64,000 nt of DNA, from the IMG/VR virus record IMGVR_UViG_3300027741_000048, positions 15,265-79,264 of that record, one strand, 5' to 3'. The stretch's first letter is position 1. Each line of letters starts with the position of its first letter. Below the pieces are notes generated by a model that saw only the letters and a program-made list of their open reading frames with translations, had not been told where the DNA came from and ran no database searches. This DNA comes from a virus. A program made the position numbers and the translations under genes. Shown here piece after piece: positions 21,161-30,266 of this stretch.

Positions 21161-22066
21161 TTACCCTAGTATAGATGTTAATCTTTGACCTGAAAATAGA
21201 CTTGGATTGAGTATTGATGGTACACCGCTTGTCTTAAATTGATTGATTATATCAATAATCGGTAGATAAAGACCGTTAGATACTGTATAATTCGAATAAG
21301 TCCACCGTGTATTGTAGTTCATTAGCTTTTCTTCTGTATATTCGAGTGTCTCTTCATTGATATTGAAGGGTACGCAATTGTAAAAATGCCAGGCTTTACG
21401 TGGTGTCTGTGATACACCCGCACGTGTACGTGTATATTGCATAATGTGCATGTTTGTCTTCATGTTTTTTAACGCCTCTACAGGATTATTGGGGTCTCGC
21501 GCTACGTAACCGTAGTGAGATGCTAAAATGATCCAAGGTCTTACAACAAAGTCAATAAAAGATGTGTTAGTCTCTCTAAATTGTACATCAATAACGGGTG
21601 CTTCACGTTTTCTACCGCCAGCGAGTACACCAGGTAGAAAGCCTCTGTTGTTTTCTACAGAAATTTGCTCAACATCATAGCTTTCATTAGGTATAGTAAC
21701 AGAGCTTGCAAAAAGACAGCCTATAATTCGTTGAGCTGGTGATGATGTTAATATATTAATAGCATTATCAATATCAAAACCAGTTTTTGATCCATCTATA
21801 CGCTCTAATCCTTGTATAATTGATGTCTGAAGACCGGCTGGGTAGCTATCAAATAATAAAATCCACTGCGTAGACATAGGAATCGCTGTAAACCAGGATT
21901 CCATTTGCGTGAGAAAATAATCTCTGGTACTTACAACCGGTAGGGCAGGTAAATTAAACCCAAATAGGTTCGCAAATTGCGGTTGAGATAGAGGATTTGA
22001 ACCTGTAGCAAGGCCTACTATATTCTGACCAAGACTTGCTAGTGTACTGGTTATCGGATCGATCAC
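21161..22066 (-). CDS. Tail tube-like protein (gp19/gp54 family)
   Basis: SVTIPNE, FRET, WHFYNCVPFNI...LEY...WTY pattern. Confidence 0.55.
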   Translation of the reverse strand: MIDPITSTLASLGQNIVGLATGSNPLSQPQFANLFGFNLPALPVVSTRDYFLTQMESWFTAIPMSTQWILLFDSYPAGLQTSIIQGLERIDGSKTGFDIDNAINILTSSPAQRIIGCLFASSVTIPNESYDVEQISVENNRGFLPGVLAGGRKREAPVIDVQFRETNTSFIDFVVRPWIILASHYGYVARDPNNPVEALKNMKTNMHIMQYTRTRAGVSQTPRKAWHFYNCVPFNINEETLEYTEEKLMNYNTRWTYSNYTVSNGLYLPIIDIINQFKTSGVPSILNPSLFSGQRLTSILG

Positions 22067-22100
22067 TTAATTATTTAAGCGATTGCTTTATTTTTACTAT

Positions 22101-22664
22101 TTACTGCCGTCTTGTAAAGTAATGATACGCCATTGTAGCGGTGAACTCAATCGTTTGACCTGTTCCGGCGGCCATTGAGTATGTAAGTGCACCAACAGAA
22201 CGTGGCGAGGCACCTACGAGGCTGTATTGAGCGATACGATTCAGTTGGTTATCAACTTGCAAGAGTGTGATAATTGATGTTTGCTTTGGTGTTAGGTAGT
22301 CACCTGTACTATTTGCATCATCAAATGTATAGCGTGACCAATCTTCAAATTTCTGTCTAATTAAGGAATTAGCATCAGCATAAAACGTAATACTATAGCC
22401 TTCTGAACCAGGATAAACAGCATTACCGGGCATGTTGAAGTTGAGACCCATATACGGTACAGGTACGTTCGTTATCGCGCGTTCAGGTAGGGTTGCTGTT
22501 TTTGCATAGATGAGATCATCTTCATTAAAAGTTATGATCTGTCCAGCTGCGTTAGTAGCACCACCTGTGTTTATGGAGAGTACGCGAAAATTAAAATCAC
22601 GGGAAAACTCTCTTGTAGCTGCTATTCTATAGAAATTTTGAATCGTTTGGTTTGTATCAGCCAT
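22101..22664 (-). CDS. gp19: Tail tube protein
   Basis: ATLPER..TNVPVPYMG...PG..VY...ITFY.D...IRQKFEDW; immediately after the sheath gene. Confidence 0.85.
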   Translation of the reverse strand: MADTNQTIQNFYRIAATREFSRDFNFRVLSINTGGATNAAGQIITFNEDDLIYAKTATLPERAITNVPVPYMGLNFNMPGNAVYPGSEGYSITFYADANSLIRQKFEDWSRYTFDDANSTGDYLTPKQTSIITLLQVDNQLNRIAQYSLVGASPRSVGALTYSMAAGTGQTIEFTATMAYHYFTRRQ

Positions 22665-22696
22665 AGTATGTAATTATTTAGTTGTTAGTAATATGA

Positions 22697-25018
22697 TTAT
22701 CCTGTAATTTCAGCGAAGTTTTGATCTGTTCTTGTTGCATAGAAGTTAACAAGAATAAACTCTGCTGTTCTTGTCGGCTTGAGGTAGATGTCAACGACTA
22801 ATGTGTTATCATCTATAACAGCCGGTGGGTTATTACGTTCATCGCATACGATTAAGAAGTCGTATAGACCGTTTGTATTCTTCGCATTCGTAAAGATTGG
22901 TGCGAGTGTGTTGACAACTTGTGTTCTTGTGAACAGCGTATTTGGCTCAAATACGAATTGACGTATTGTGTTATTTGTCTGCTGTTCGAGTGTTAGGAAC
23001 AATCTACGTACGTTAATGCGATCAAATGCGCTTGGTTGTTTGAGTGATGTCTTCTGGCCAAAAACCACATATCCTTCGTTAGGGAGATTCACGACAGGGT
23101 TGAGTGATATCTTATAGAGAAGATCGCGCTCTGATTGCTTCGGATAAACGGCGAGATCTGTAATACCGTTCACAACGCCTCTTGTTACACCTGCTGGTGC
23201 GTACCATGGATGTGCATTGCTATCGACGTTAGCCATGATCGAAGCGGCAAATCCAGAGAACGGTACCCATATAAGGCCATTAGTTGAAGAATCTGCAACT
23301 TGTACGCAATTTGCGTATACAGCTGTATAGCTATTATTTAGCCAGCTAAACTGATTACGTAGAGGCCAATAGATGTTATTTGAGAAGTTTAAGGTTGGAT
23401 TACTAAGAGTCTTGACGTTGTTTTCAACAAAAATATTAGTTAATGGATCGGCGATGAATAGGTGATCTTTGCGGCGATTTGCTGCGAAGTTAATAAACTC
23501 ATCTGCAACAGCTCTATAATCAAGAATAATTTTTGCAGGTGTTGCGTTATCATCTTGCGTATAGGCGTCAATAAGATTAGGATATGGCACTGTATCATCA
23601 AAACAGCCTGATGTAGTTGCAGTGTTTGAATTTGCATAGATGGTACCTAGCCCTGCCTCTGCTACAATAGTTAGTGGGTATAATTCGGTGTTTTCAATCG
23701 TATCTAACAATCTCGACACCTTGCCAGGAACGTTGCCAATAACTTTTGTTGTTAAGTCGACGGAGTTGTAATCGCCGAGTGCGACTAGTTTATCTGTTGT
23801 ACCGTATGCGTTGATTAAGTTTGCATAAACTGCTGCACTACATCCTCCATATACAGCGAATGTTGAGAGAGGTATATTATCGGTTAACCGATTCTTATTA
23901 AGAAAACGTACGGATTTTGTTGGCTTACCGTTATTGTCGAGCCAGGTGCCGACGTTTTGATTTGAGATATACGGATTAACGAACACTTCAATATTTTTTG
24001 ACGTATCGGTAATATCACCGACGAAAAAGCTTTGTGCAGGTCCGCCTTGGGAAGAGTTAATCTTTCTGTAGTAATCAAGTGAACCTGTATATCCTTCTTG
24101 TAAGGTATAACCGAGCGTTGTTGCATCCGGTGTATATCTAGATTTAGCTAATTTAAATACACCGATATTAATTGTATCGTTAAAGCCACTTACAGAAATA
24201 TCAAAGGTATTGACATTTTCCATGACTTCGGAGATACTCTTAGTCACTGATGCAGTCGCAGCTGAAAGGGTAAAGTCAAGTCTTGTTGTTGGTACGATAC
24301 TATAACCACTATAGTTCTGGTTGCCGATAAATGTATCCTGGGTGTTTACCGTATAAACACCTGAGAAGTCATTATAGGCAGGAGAAATAGGTCTCAACGC
24401 TGTATTATCGATAACGCCTAGATATGTACCTTCAAGAATATTATTAATTGAAGCTTGTGATTTATTTAAAACAATAAGACCGGCTTGGCCGAGACCGGTA
24501 ACTGTGGTAAACGACGTTACGCCACCGCCATCTGTTGCCCATGTAAAGGCAGCGCCACGGCGAATATCTATTACCTGCTGCTGTGAGAGACGCACGTGTG
24601 TTGGTGCGCCGAAGTAATATGTAACGTTACCGCTTGTAGCTATAGCTGATGTGGAATATTGAAAATTTGTTGCTGTTACACCGTTCTGTAGTGAAACTGC
24701 AGGGTAAACAAGGGCACTATACTGTGTTGAAGTACCGATACCGAGGTCAGAGCCGTACGGTATGCGGTATGTTAATACGTTTGCTGTTGATTGAAATACT
24801 GCTTTCGCTGTTTGATAAAAATAACGTTCGGCTGCATTTGTCGGTGTTCCATATATGTTTTCAAAATCACCAAGGGAATTTATATATGTTGGTGTCGATG
24901 CTGGTCCGCTGGGTGCAAACCCTGCGATAAAAACCGTCGTCGGTGAAGCAAGTTGTGCTCTTTGTGAAAAGTCAGTTTCTGTAAATTGTATACCGGGACT
25001 TTGAATTGTACGTGCCAT
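22697..25018 (-). CDS. gp18: Tail sheath protein
   Basis: SPGIQFTETD, PWYAPAGVTRG, FGQKT...SAFDRINVRRLFL, FEPN, IYLKPTRTAEFI. Confidence 0.95.
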   Translation of the reverse strand: MARTIQSPGIQFTETDFSQRAQLASPTTVFIAGFAPSGPASTPTYINSLGDFENIYGTPTNAAERYFYQTAKAVFQSTANVLTYRIPYGSDLGIGTSTQYSALVYPAVSLQNGVTATNFQYSTSAIATSGNVTYYFGAPTHVRLSQQQVIDIRRGAAFTWATDGGGVTSFTTVTGLGQAGLIVLNKSQASINNILEGTYLGVIDNTALRPISPAYNDFSGVYTVNTQDTFIGNQNYSGYSIVPTTRLDFTLSAATASVTKSISEVMENVNTFDISVSGFNDTINIGVFKLAKSRYTPDATTLGYTLQEGYTGSLDYYRKINSSQGGPAQSFFVGDITDTSKNIEVFVNPYISNQNVGTWLDNNGKPTKSVRFLNKNRLTDNIPLSTFAVYGGCSAAVYANLINAYGTTDKLVALGDYNSVDLTTKVIGNVPGKVSRLLDTIENTELYPLTIVAEAGLGTIYANSNTATTSGCFDDTVPYPNLIDAYTQDDNATPAKIILDYRAVADEFINFAANRRKDHLFIADPLTNIFVENNVKTLSNPTLNFSNNIYWPLRNQFSWLNNSYTAVYANCVQVADSSTNGLIWVPFSGFAASIMANVDSNAHPWYAPAGVTRGVVNGITDLAVYPKQSERDLLYKISLNPVVNLPNEGYVVFGQKTSLKQPSAFDRINVRRLFLTLEQQTNNTIRQFVFEPNTLFTRTQVVNTLAPIFTNAKNTNGLYDFLIVCDERNNPPAVIDDNTLVVDIYLKPTRTAEFILVNFYATRTDQNFAEITG

Positions 25019-25024
25019 ATAAAG

Positions 25025-25032
25025 TATTTATA
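25025..25032 (-). promoter_or_regulatory. Late promoter TATAAATA for the sheath gene
   Basis: Exact match 6 nt upstream of the ATG at 25018. Confidence 0.7.
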
Positions 25033-25059
25033 AATTTTTGATTTAATTTTTTTTGGTTA

Positions 25060-25674
25060 TTAGAGATTTTCTATATCAGTTATCGGTGTAACTACAAGCT
25101 GAGAGTAGCTCATGGTAAATTTTGATTCAAGCTCTCCACCGTCTCTATGCGAGTAATTTATACCACCTAGTGCTATAGGAAACGCATTAGTATATTTAAA
25201 TTCCACAACTCTCTTATTATATTCATCGAGTCCAAAAATTGAAACAGTCGCTTGATACTGAGAATGCAATGCTGTTGATGCTGGATCAATAGCAGATCTC
25301 GTTTGTAATGTTAATTTATTAACATCGTATAGTCCTGCTTCATCATTATTAAGCGTGTTAAGCCACGTGTATATAACCCAATAGTTGTTAAATCGGTTAT
25401 CAACTGTAAAATTTATGTCAATAGGCGGGTACGGGTCTCTAGAGTGACTGGTTATATTAAGCGTCTGACCAGAAAAGCGAGTTGCAGTGGGAGGAATTGA
25501 TATATCTGGTACTATAGCGCCAAAAATGGAAAACTGTAATGTATCAGGCATTATGCTTGTTAGATTTCGGTCAAACTTTGATGCAACCTGTTTTAAAGCA
25601 GTCGGGATATTCATGACAAATAAAAATTTGTCTTTTCTTGTCTTATTAAATGGACTCTGTGTGTATGTATTCAT
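25060..25674 (-). CDS. Tail completion/tube terminator (gp3-like)
   Basis: Tube-family pattern INFTVDNRFNNY.VIYTWL...F..AFPIALGGINY. Confidence 0.55.
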   Translation of the reverse strand: MNTYTQSPFNKTRKDKFLFVMNIPTALKQVASKFDRNLTSIMPDTLQFSIFGAIVPDISIPPTATRFSGQTLNITSHSRDPYPPIDINFTVDNRFNNYWVIYTWLNTLNNDEAGLYDVNKLTLQTRSAIDPASTALHSQYQATVSIFGLDEYNKRVVEFKYTNAFPIALGGINYSHRDGGELESKFTMSYSQLVVTPITDIENL

Positions 25675-25675
25675 T

Positions 25676-27214
25676 TTAATATAGTGTCGTCCACCCTTGT
25701 TGTTCGAGATTTGTAAGATCTGTATGATCAGGCGTATCTCCTATATCAAAAATAATAGGCATCGGTATTCCTTGATCAGGGTTTTTTTCGTTGCTATATA
25801 TTGATGTAGGGTTGATAAAATATTTAATCCCGTAGTCGAGTGATTTAATGGCTTGTGGTCGCTTGTTATCATCAAGCTCGGTGATCTCGTAATATTTCTC
25901 GGTAATTTCGTTTTCTAGTATCATTAATGACCAGATTAAACTCATTACGCGATCGTCCCAGTTATCAGACCCGGGCTTAGCAGCCCATGTACCGTTTGGA
26001 TAACGTACGAAATTTCTAAGTTCATTAAGTGTTTTTAGATCACGTATACGGACAACATTAAGCTCGTTTATCCAGTATCGCATGTTCGTGATACCCTTGT
26101 ATTTTGTATTAGTATGAGCTACAACACCGATTTTATTAAACACTTTATCACCGGCTTTTACACCGTAATTGACAATATTCTCGTAATTCAATGTACTTTT
26201 TAATTGATCCACAACTTGTGCGCCGCAATTATTTCTCTCGATTAAAGCAGGCGGTGAACCCCAGTGTTGTAGTATCTCGTGTAGTTTTGTAGTGAAATTA
26301 TATGGACTGATGTTACGGTTATGATATATTGCCACTTGCTCAACGTTACGTAAATCAGTTATATCTAATACCTGAACAACAGAAGCTGCTTCACCGACGC
26401 CTTCGGATATATCGACACCGACTACATATAATCTTTCCTTACTAGGCTCAGACCATAGAAGGTAATGACCGTCGTCAAATACAAATCTCGGCTCTGTACA
26501 ATCGGCCTTTAGCCTGTCGAAGAATTCTTCATTAATCGCACTTTCACCAGATTGATGAAACACATTTCCGAATTCTTGATCAAATGCTTCTCTACTTCCT
26601 AATTCTCGTATTGTATTCTTTTTCCATTTCTCATCTCTTCCAGGTATCTCCCACCAGTCGACACGCTCTGCTTTCCAGCCATTATGCTTTTCTGGGTCTG
26701 TCTCCTGAGCTCCTGAATATAATTCGTAGAACAAATTATTTGAACCATTCGGTGTACTAGCTACAAAGATCTTAGATTTCTTAGATGATGAAATAATCGG
26801 ATAAACCGATCGCCAAAAATCCTCGACCATATGATTATCAATGAACGCTAACTCGTCAAGGATAAGGCATTGATGACTTAATATACCGTTTGCGTAATAT
26901 CTATGGCTGTCTTTTACATCGAGAATCTCGTACACTGAGTCTGTATTTGTATATGTTTCAATTTTGTCTATTTTTATATTCGAAAATAATATATCACCAA
27001 CTTTAAGGTCTTTTGCATAAATCCATTCGAATGCGGTGTTTTTTATAATTTTGTGTTTTGGCGTGCAGACTAATTCTCTTCCGTTTGAAAATGTAAATTT
27101 AATCTTATCTGTATTGCTTCCAATAATAACACCTTCAAAATTCTTGAACCCGTCGTCTGTCAAGATTTCATAATCTGTATTTTTTAAAATCTTATAATTA
27201 TTAATGTCAGCCAT
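25676..27214 (-). CDS. gp17: Terminase large subunit, C-terminal part, preceded by a split-intein C-fragment
   Basis: After ...ANGILSHQ comes CLILDELAF (Walker B), STPNG, FDQEF, nuclease GVDISEG, DDRVMS. Confidence 0.92.
   Translation of the reverse strand: MADINNYKILKNTDYEILTDDGFKNFEGVIIGSNTDKIKFTFSNGRELVCTPKHKIIKNTAFEWIYAKDLKVGDILFSNIKIDKIETYTNTDSVYEILDVKDSHRYYANGILSHQCLILDELAFIDNHMVEDFWRSVYPIISSSKKSKIFVASTPNGSNNLFYELYSGAQETDPEKHNGWKAERVDWWEIPGRDEKWKKNTIRELGSREAFDQEFGNVFHQSGESAINEEFFDRLKADCTEPRFVFDDGHYLLWSEPSKERLYVVGVDISEGVGEAASVVQVLDITDLRNVEQVAIYHNRNISPYNFTTKLHEILQHWGSPPALIERNNCGAQVVDQLKSTLNYENIVNYGVKAGDKVFNKIGVVAHTNTKYKGITNMRYWINELNVVRIRDLKTLNELRNFVRYPNGTWAAKPGSDNWDDRVMSLIWSLMILENEITEKYYEITELDDNKRPQAIKSLDYGIKYFINPTSIYSNEKNPDQGIPMPIIFDIGDTPDHTDLTNLEQQGWTTLY
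26870..27214 (-). mobile_element. Split intein C-fragment (115 aa), ending His-Gln, +1 Cys
   Basis: Block B VCTPKH, block F VYEILDV, block G YYANGILSHQ/C. Confidence 0.85.
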
Positions 27215-27218
27215 ATTA

Positions 27219-27296
27219 TTAGTTTTTACGTTTTCCGGTACCGCGTAACCAATTATCCGGAATTGCAGTATTTGGATGAATAAGCATCTTAATCAT
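27219..27296 (-). pseudogene. 25-codon relic resembling a homing-endonuclease C-terminal motif
   Basis: MIKMLIHPNTAIPDNWLRGTGKRKN*; starts overlapping the TerL-N stop (ATGATTAA) and ends 4 nt before the TerL-C ATG. Confidence 0.45.
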
Positions 27297-28992
27297 TTAT
27301 TATTTTCAATTGAAGCTCTGTATTGTTCTTTAATTTATTAGCGAGGTCATACATACTAACTTGAAATACCTCATGTGTAACTTTATCTCTTAAAGTAACT
27401 AGTGTTTCACCTGCAACACAATTACAGCTATCACCACGACCAGCGTCGCTACTCGTTGTGCTTATACCAATACTCGACCCGTTAGACAAGGTCATTGACG
27501 TTTTACCGTATTCGAGTACACCAGGCTTTAAGTAGTTTGGAAGCTTCTCATACGCCATTCTTATTCGTTTGAATATGTTAATAGCTGTTTGTTCCTTGTT
27601 AGCTACTACAAGTATTCTCTGATCTTCCTGAAAGCATGCAACCCAAAGAGCGTAGATTGTCATAAGGGTCGTATTATGCGTAGGAATCAGTTGTCTACCG
27701 GCTAAATAGAGGCTGTCTTTACTGTCTACCGTAATACATCTAACTGGTGTGGATGGAACTTCGATGATACTTTTTATATAGTGCCATTGTGATCGGTAAT
27801 TGGATTGCACTATATGCGGCTTGAGTTTTAATCTGCTCTTTTTAAAAGAAAGTCTGCAAATACATTCAATAGGAGTGAATGTTATTGATGCGCATGGTGA
27901 GCAATTTACTCCTTTAAGTGTTGGTACATATTCTTTATATGATACCTTATAACCTAAACTCTCTACTAATTGCTTTACTTGTTTTACTAATTCAATATTT
28001 GTATTATAGAATTGACATATGCCGTTTTTATTAATATACCCGTCACTATCTATTAGCCCTTGTAGGAGCGACAGTCGCTGTACTCTATCAGCTAGCAAAT
28101 AATCGCTAGGTATATGCTTATTATTTTTAAGATTGTATTGGTTAAGTAAAGCTGATAGGCTATGTGTTTGAATGTTTTTTTCTGTACTAATCCTTAATGT
28201 ATAAACATCTGTACTGTATTCGTGTAATAGTAATTTATTAAATTGAGTTTGTTGAGTTTTGAGAATATCGATGATTTCGTTTATATCGCGTCTACCTACT
28301 GTTAGAGATCCACTAGCGCTAGTTCCGTCACCTAACCATAAACCTAATACATATGGGTCAATATCTAGCTTTCTCGTTGTTCCTGAAACTCCGTTTATGC
28401 ACGTGGGTATTCTATGATTTGGTTCGTTGCTATTAGGTACGAATAGTGTGTTGAATATTTCTGTTGTGGTTTTTACGGTGCCGATTGTTTTTCTTTCACT
28501 TCTTGCTTCTGTATACCAGAGGTGCTCGGCATCAGCTATTATTTCTTCACCGTTGTCAAAAATTACTTTATAGCATTTTCTATCTTTTAGAACGTCATGC
28601 GCATACAAAACATTGCATGGCATGCCGTCAGCTCCATAGACTTGATCACCAGCCTTTAAATCACCCATCGTCGACCAGCCTGTTGGTGTAAGTATCGGTG
28701 TGTTGAGAGCGAGTGCTTTACCTATCTGACGGCTAGCCAATAAACACACGAATCGATTATCGCGTAGTGATCTAAGTATTTTTTTCTGACAGAGGTGTAG
28801 CTGTATTTTTATTTTACCTTGATCGAGGTTTGTAATATAAAAGAAATTTTCCGCAAAAAACAAAATGTTTTTTCTGCATTTATCAATGTCCTTTATCCAC
28901 TCAGGGTTTGACTGATAGTCAAACGCTGCATCAGGCGTGGGTAGATTCTCGTTACCAAGATAATATTGCTGTTTTTCCTTTTTAGTAGGCAT
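27289..28992 (-). CDS. gp17: Terminase large subunit, N-terminal part, with cis intein and split-intein N-fragment
   Basis: Walker A SRQIGK|TT interrupted by an intein; VANKEQTA, LPNYLKPG, GRGDSCN then CVAGETLV. Confidence 0.92.
   Translation of the reverse strand: MPTKKEKQQYYLGNENLPTPDAAFDYQSNPEWIKDIDKCRKNILFFAENFFYITNLDQGKIKIQLHLCQKKILRSLRDNRFVCLLASRQIGKALALNTPILTPTGWSTMGDLKAGDQVYGADGMPCNVLYAHDVLKDRKCYKVIFDNGEEIIADAEHLWYTEARSERKTIGTVKTTTEIFNTLFVPNSNEPNHRIPTCINGVSGTTRKLDIDPYVLGLWLGDGTSASGSLTVGRRDINEIIDILKTQQTQFNKLLLHEYSTDVYTLRISTEKNIQTHSLSALLNQYNLKNNKHIPSDYLLADRVQRLSLLQGLIDSDGYINKNGICQFYNTNIELVKQVKQLVESLGYKVSYKEYVPTLKGVNCSPCASITFTPIECICRLSFKKSRLKLKPHIVQSNYRSQWHYIKSIIEVPSTPVRCITVDSKDSLYLAGRQLIPTHNTTLMTIYALWVACFQEDQRILVVANKEQTAINIFKRIRMAYEKLPNYLKPGVLEYGKTSMTLSNGSSIGISTTSSDAGRGDSCNCVAGETLVTLRDKVTHEVFQVSMYDLANKLKNNTELQLKIIND
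27292..27420 (-). mobile_element. Split intein N-fragment (43 aa)
   Basis: Block A CVAGETLVTLRD, followed by a stop after 43 residues. Confidence 0.85.
27673..28716 (-). mobile_element. Cis intein (348 aa), Ala-start class-3 type, with LAGLIDADG homing endonuclease
   Basis: ALALNTPI start, AEHLW, LGLWLGDG and LLQGLIDSDG, VRCITVD, IPTHN/T end. Confidence 0.9.
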
Positions 28993-28997
28993 TTAGA

Positions 28998-29005
28998 TAT
29001 AAATA
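28998..29005 (+). promoter_or_regulatory. Late promoter TATAAATA
   Basis: Exact match 11 nt upstream of ATG 29017. Confidence 0.65.
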
Positions 29006-29016
29006 ATTAGGCAAAT

Positions 29017-29871
29017 ATGAACAAATCACGTGAACTCGTTGAAATGGGTGAGTTTTATAAGTCCTCTGTATTTACAGAATCAGTTAAAAACGTCCAATCA
29101 AAAAAAGCAACAAAGAAGGGATTTCCTAAGGACACCTTTCCTACATCAGGTAAAACGATCGATGGTGATACCGTAAAAACAACTAAGGCATTTGATAAGG
29201 CAGGCCCTAATGCTAATAAAAACAAAGAAGCTCTTAAAGCGCCTCTTGAACCTGGTTCAAAACAAACATTTACTGGTGTTGAAAATTTCTCACAAGAATC
29301 TAAAAAAATACAAAAAGAGAATATAAATACTTTTATGAATAAATCTATTTTTGATGAATTATTTGAAAACGTAATGAGCGGCGCACCTATGTCACAAGAT
29401 GACGTAGAGCATACAGATGCTGAAGCTCTTGATCTTCCAGGTCATGAAGAGATGCCAGGTGACGAGGGTGAAGTAACAATTACTCTTGATAAAGAGACAG
29501 CAAAGAAGCTTCATGATGTTCTCATGAGCGTTCTCGGCGAAGAAGAGCCGGAGAGCGAAGAGCATGAGGGTGAAGATGAAAGCGATTCTATGGAAAGTGA
29601 AGATGAAGAGGTTGCTTTTGAAGCAACAGATATCAAGGAGCTTTCCGATGAGCATGGTAAGAAGCTCATATCAAAGGGTGCACATAAGGTAGCTAGTACT
29701 GTTACATCCGACGTCGATGGCAAGGAAGGCAGTGGTGATTCACAAGGAATCGTTAACGATGGTAAGCCACAGCCTCTCAAGAAGGTAGTCGGTGGTGGTG
29801 TTCCGTCAAATAAGGTTGCTGGTAAGGTAACAAGCGGTGTAAAGAAAGATCTCTTTGCAGCAGCTAAGTAA
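29017..29871 (+). CDS. Hypothetical late protein, acidic; possible prohead core/internal protein
   Basis: Late promoter, Glu/Asp-rich tract, followed by a strong terminator. Confidence 0.55.
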   Translation: MNKSRELVEMGEFYKSSVFTESVKNVQSKKATKKGFPKDTFPTSGKTIDGDTVKTTKAFDKAGPNANKNKEALKAPLEPGSKQTFTGVENFSQESKKIQKENINTFMNKSIFDELFENVMSGAPMSQDDVEHTDAEALDLPGHEEMPGDEGEVTITLDKETAKKLHDVLMSVLGEEEPESEEHEGEDESDSMESEDEEVAFEATDIKELSDEHGKKLISKGAHKVASTVTSDVDGKEGSGDSQGIVNDGKPQPLKKVVGGGVPSNKVAGKVTSGVKKDLFAAAK

Positions 29872-29895
29872 TAAATAAAAAATAGATTATAAATT

Positions 29896-29925
29896 AAGGG
29901 CCTTCGAAAGAAGGCCCTTTTTTTT
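29896..29925 (+). terminator. Rho-independent terminator
   Basis: AAGGGCCTTC-GAAA-GAAGGCCCTT stem followed by a T run. Confidence 0.9.
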
Positions 29926-29939
29926 GCTTAAATATATCT

Positions 29940-30263
29940 GTGAATACCTTTAAAGAATATACGAGAAAGAAAGGTGTAGCTAGACATAAGCGCGATAATA
30001 TCGGAGTTAGTAATGCTACAAATCCGAACATGAAGCATGCAGCGGATGTCGTGCCAGTATGTCACCGTGTAGACAATAATGCTGTTCAGGAGTTCGAACA
30101 GCTTAAGCGAATGCAGCGTGGTACGAAGACTATAAACTTGCAAAAAGCACGGAAGCTCAAAGATCAATTTAAATTGAAAGGTTTCTCTGGTGTGCTAGGT
30201 AATACAGGGATTCAACTCGCACCTCATCAGGAGTCGGGGTTTTTTGTTTTAATAAAGCGATAA
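29940..30263 (+). CDS. Small basic late protein
   Basis: GTG start after TAAATA; N-terminus MNTFKEY. Confidence 0.6.
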   Translation: MNTFKEYTRKKGVARHKRDNIGVSNATNPNMKHAADVVPVCHRVDNNAVQEFEQLKRMQRGTKTINLQKARKLKDQFKLKGFSGVLGNTGIQLAPHQESGFFVLIKR

Positions 30264-30266
30264 AAG

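Noticed and set aside
27215-27291. Terminase break as a group I intron or programmed frameshift
   Set aside because: The 74-nt gap is too short for a group I intron, and intein blocks A and B/F/G flank the break exactly, explaining it at protein level
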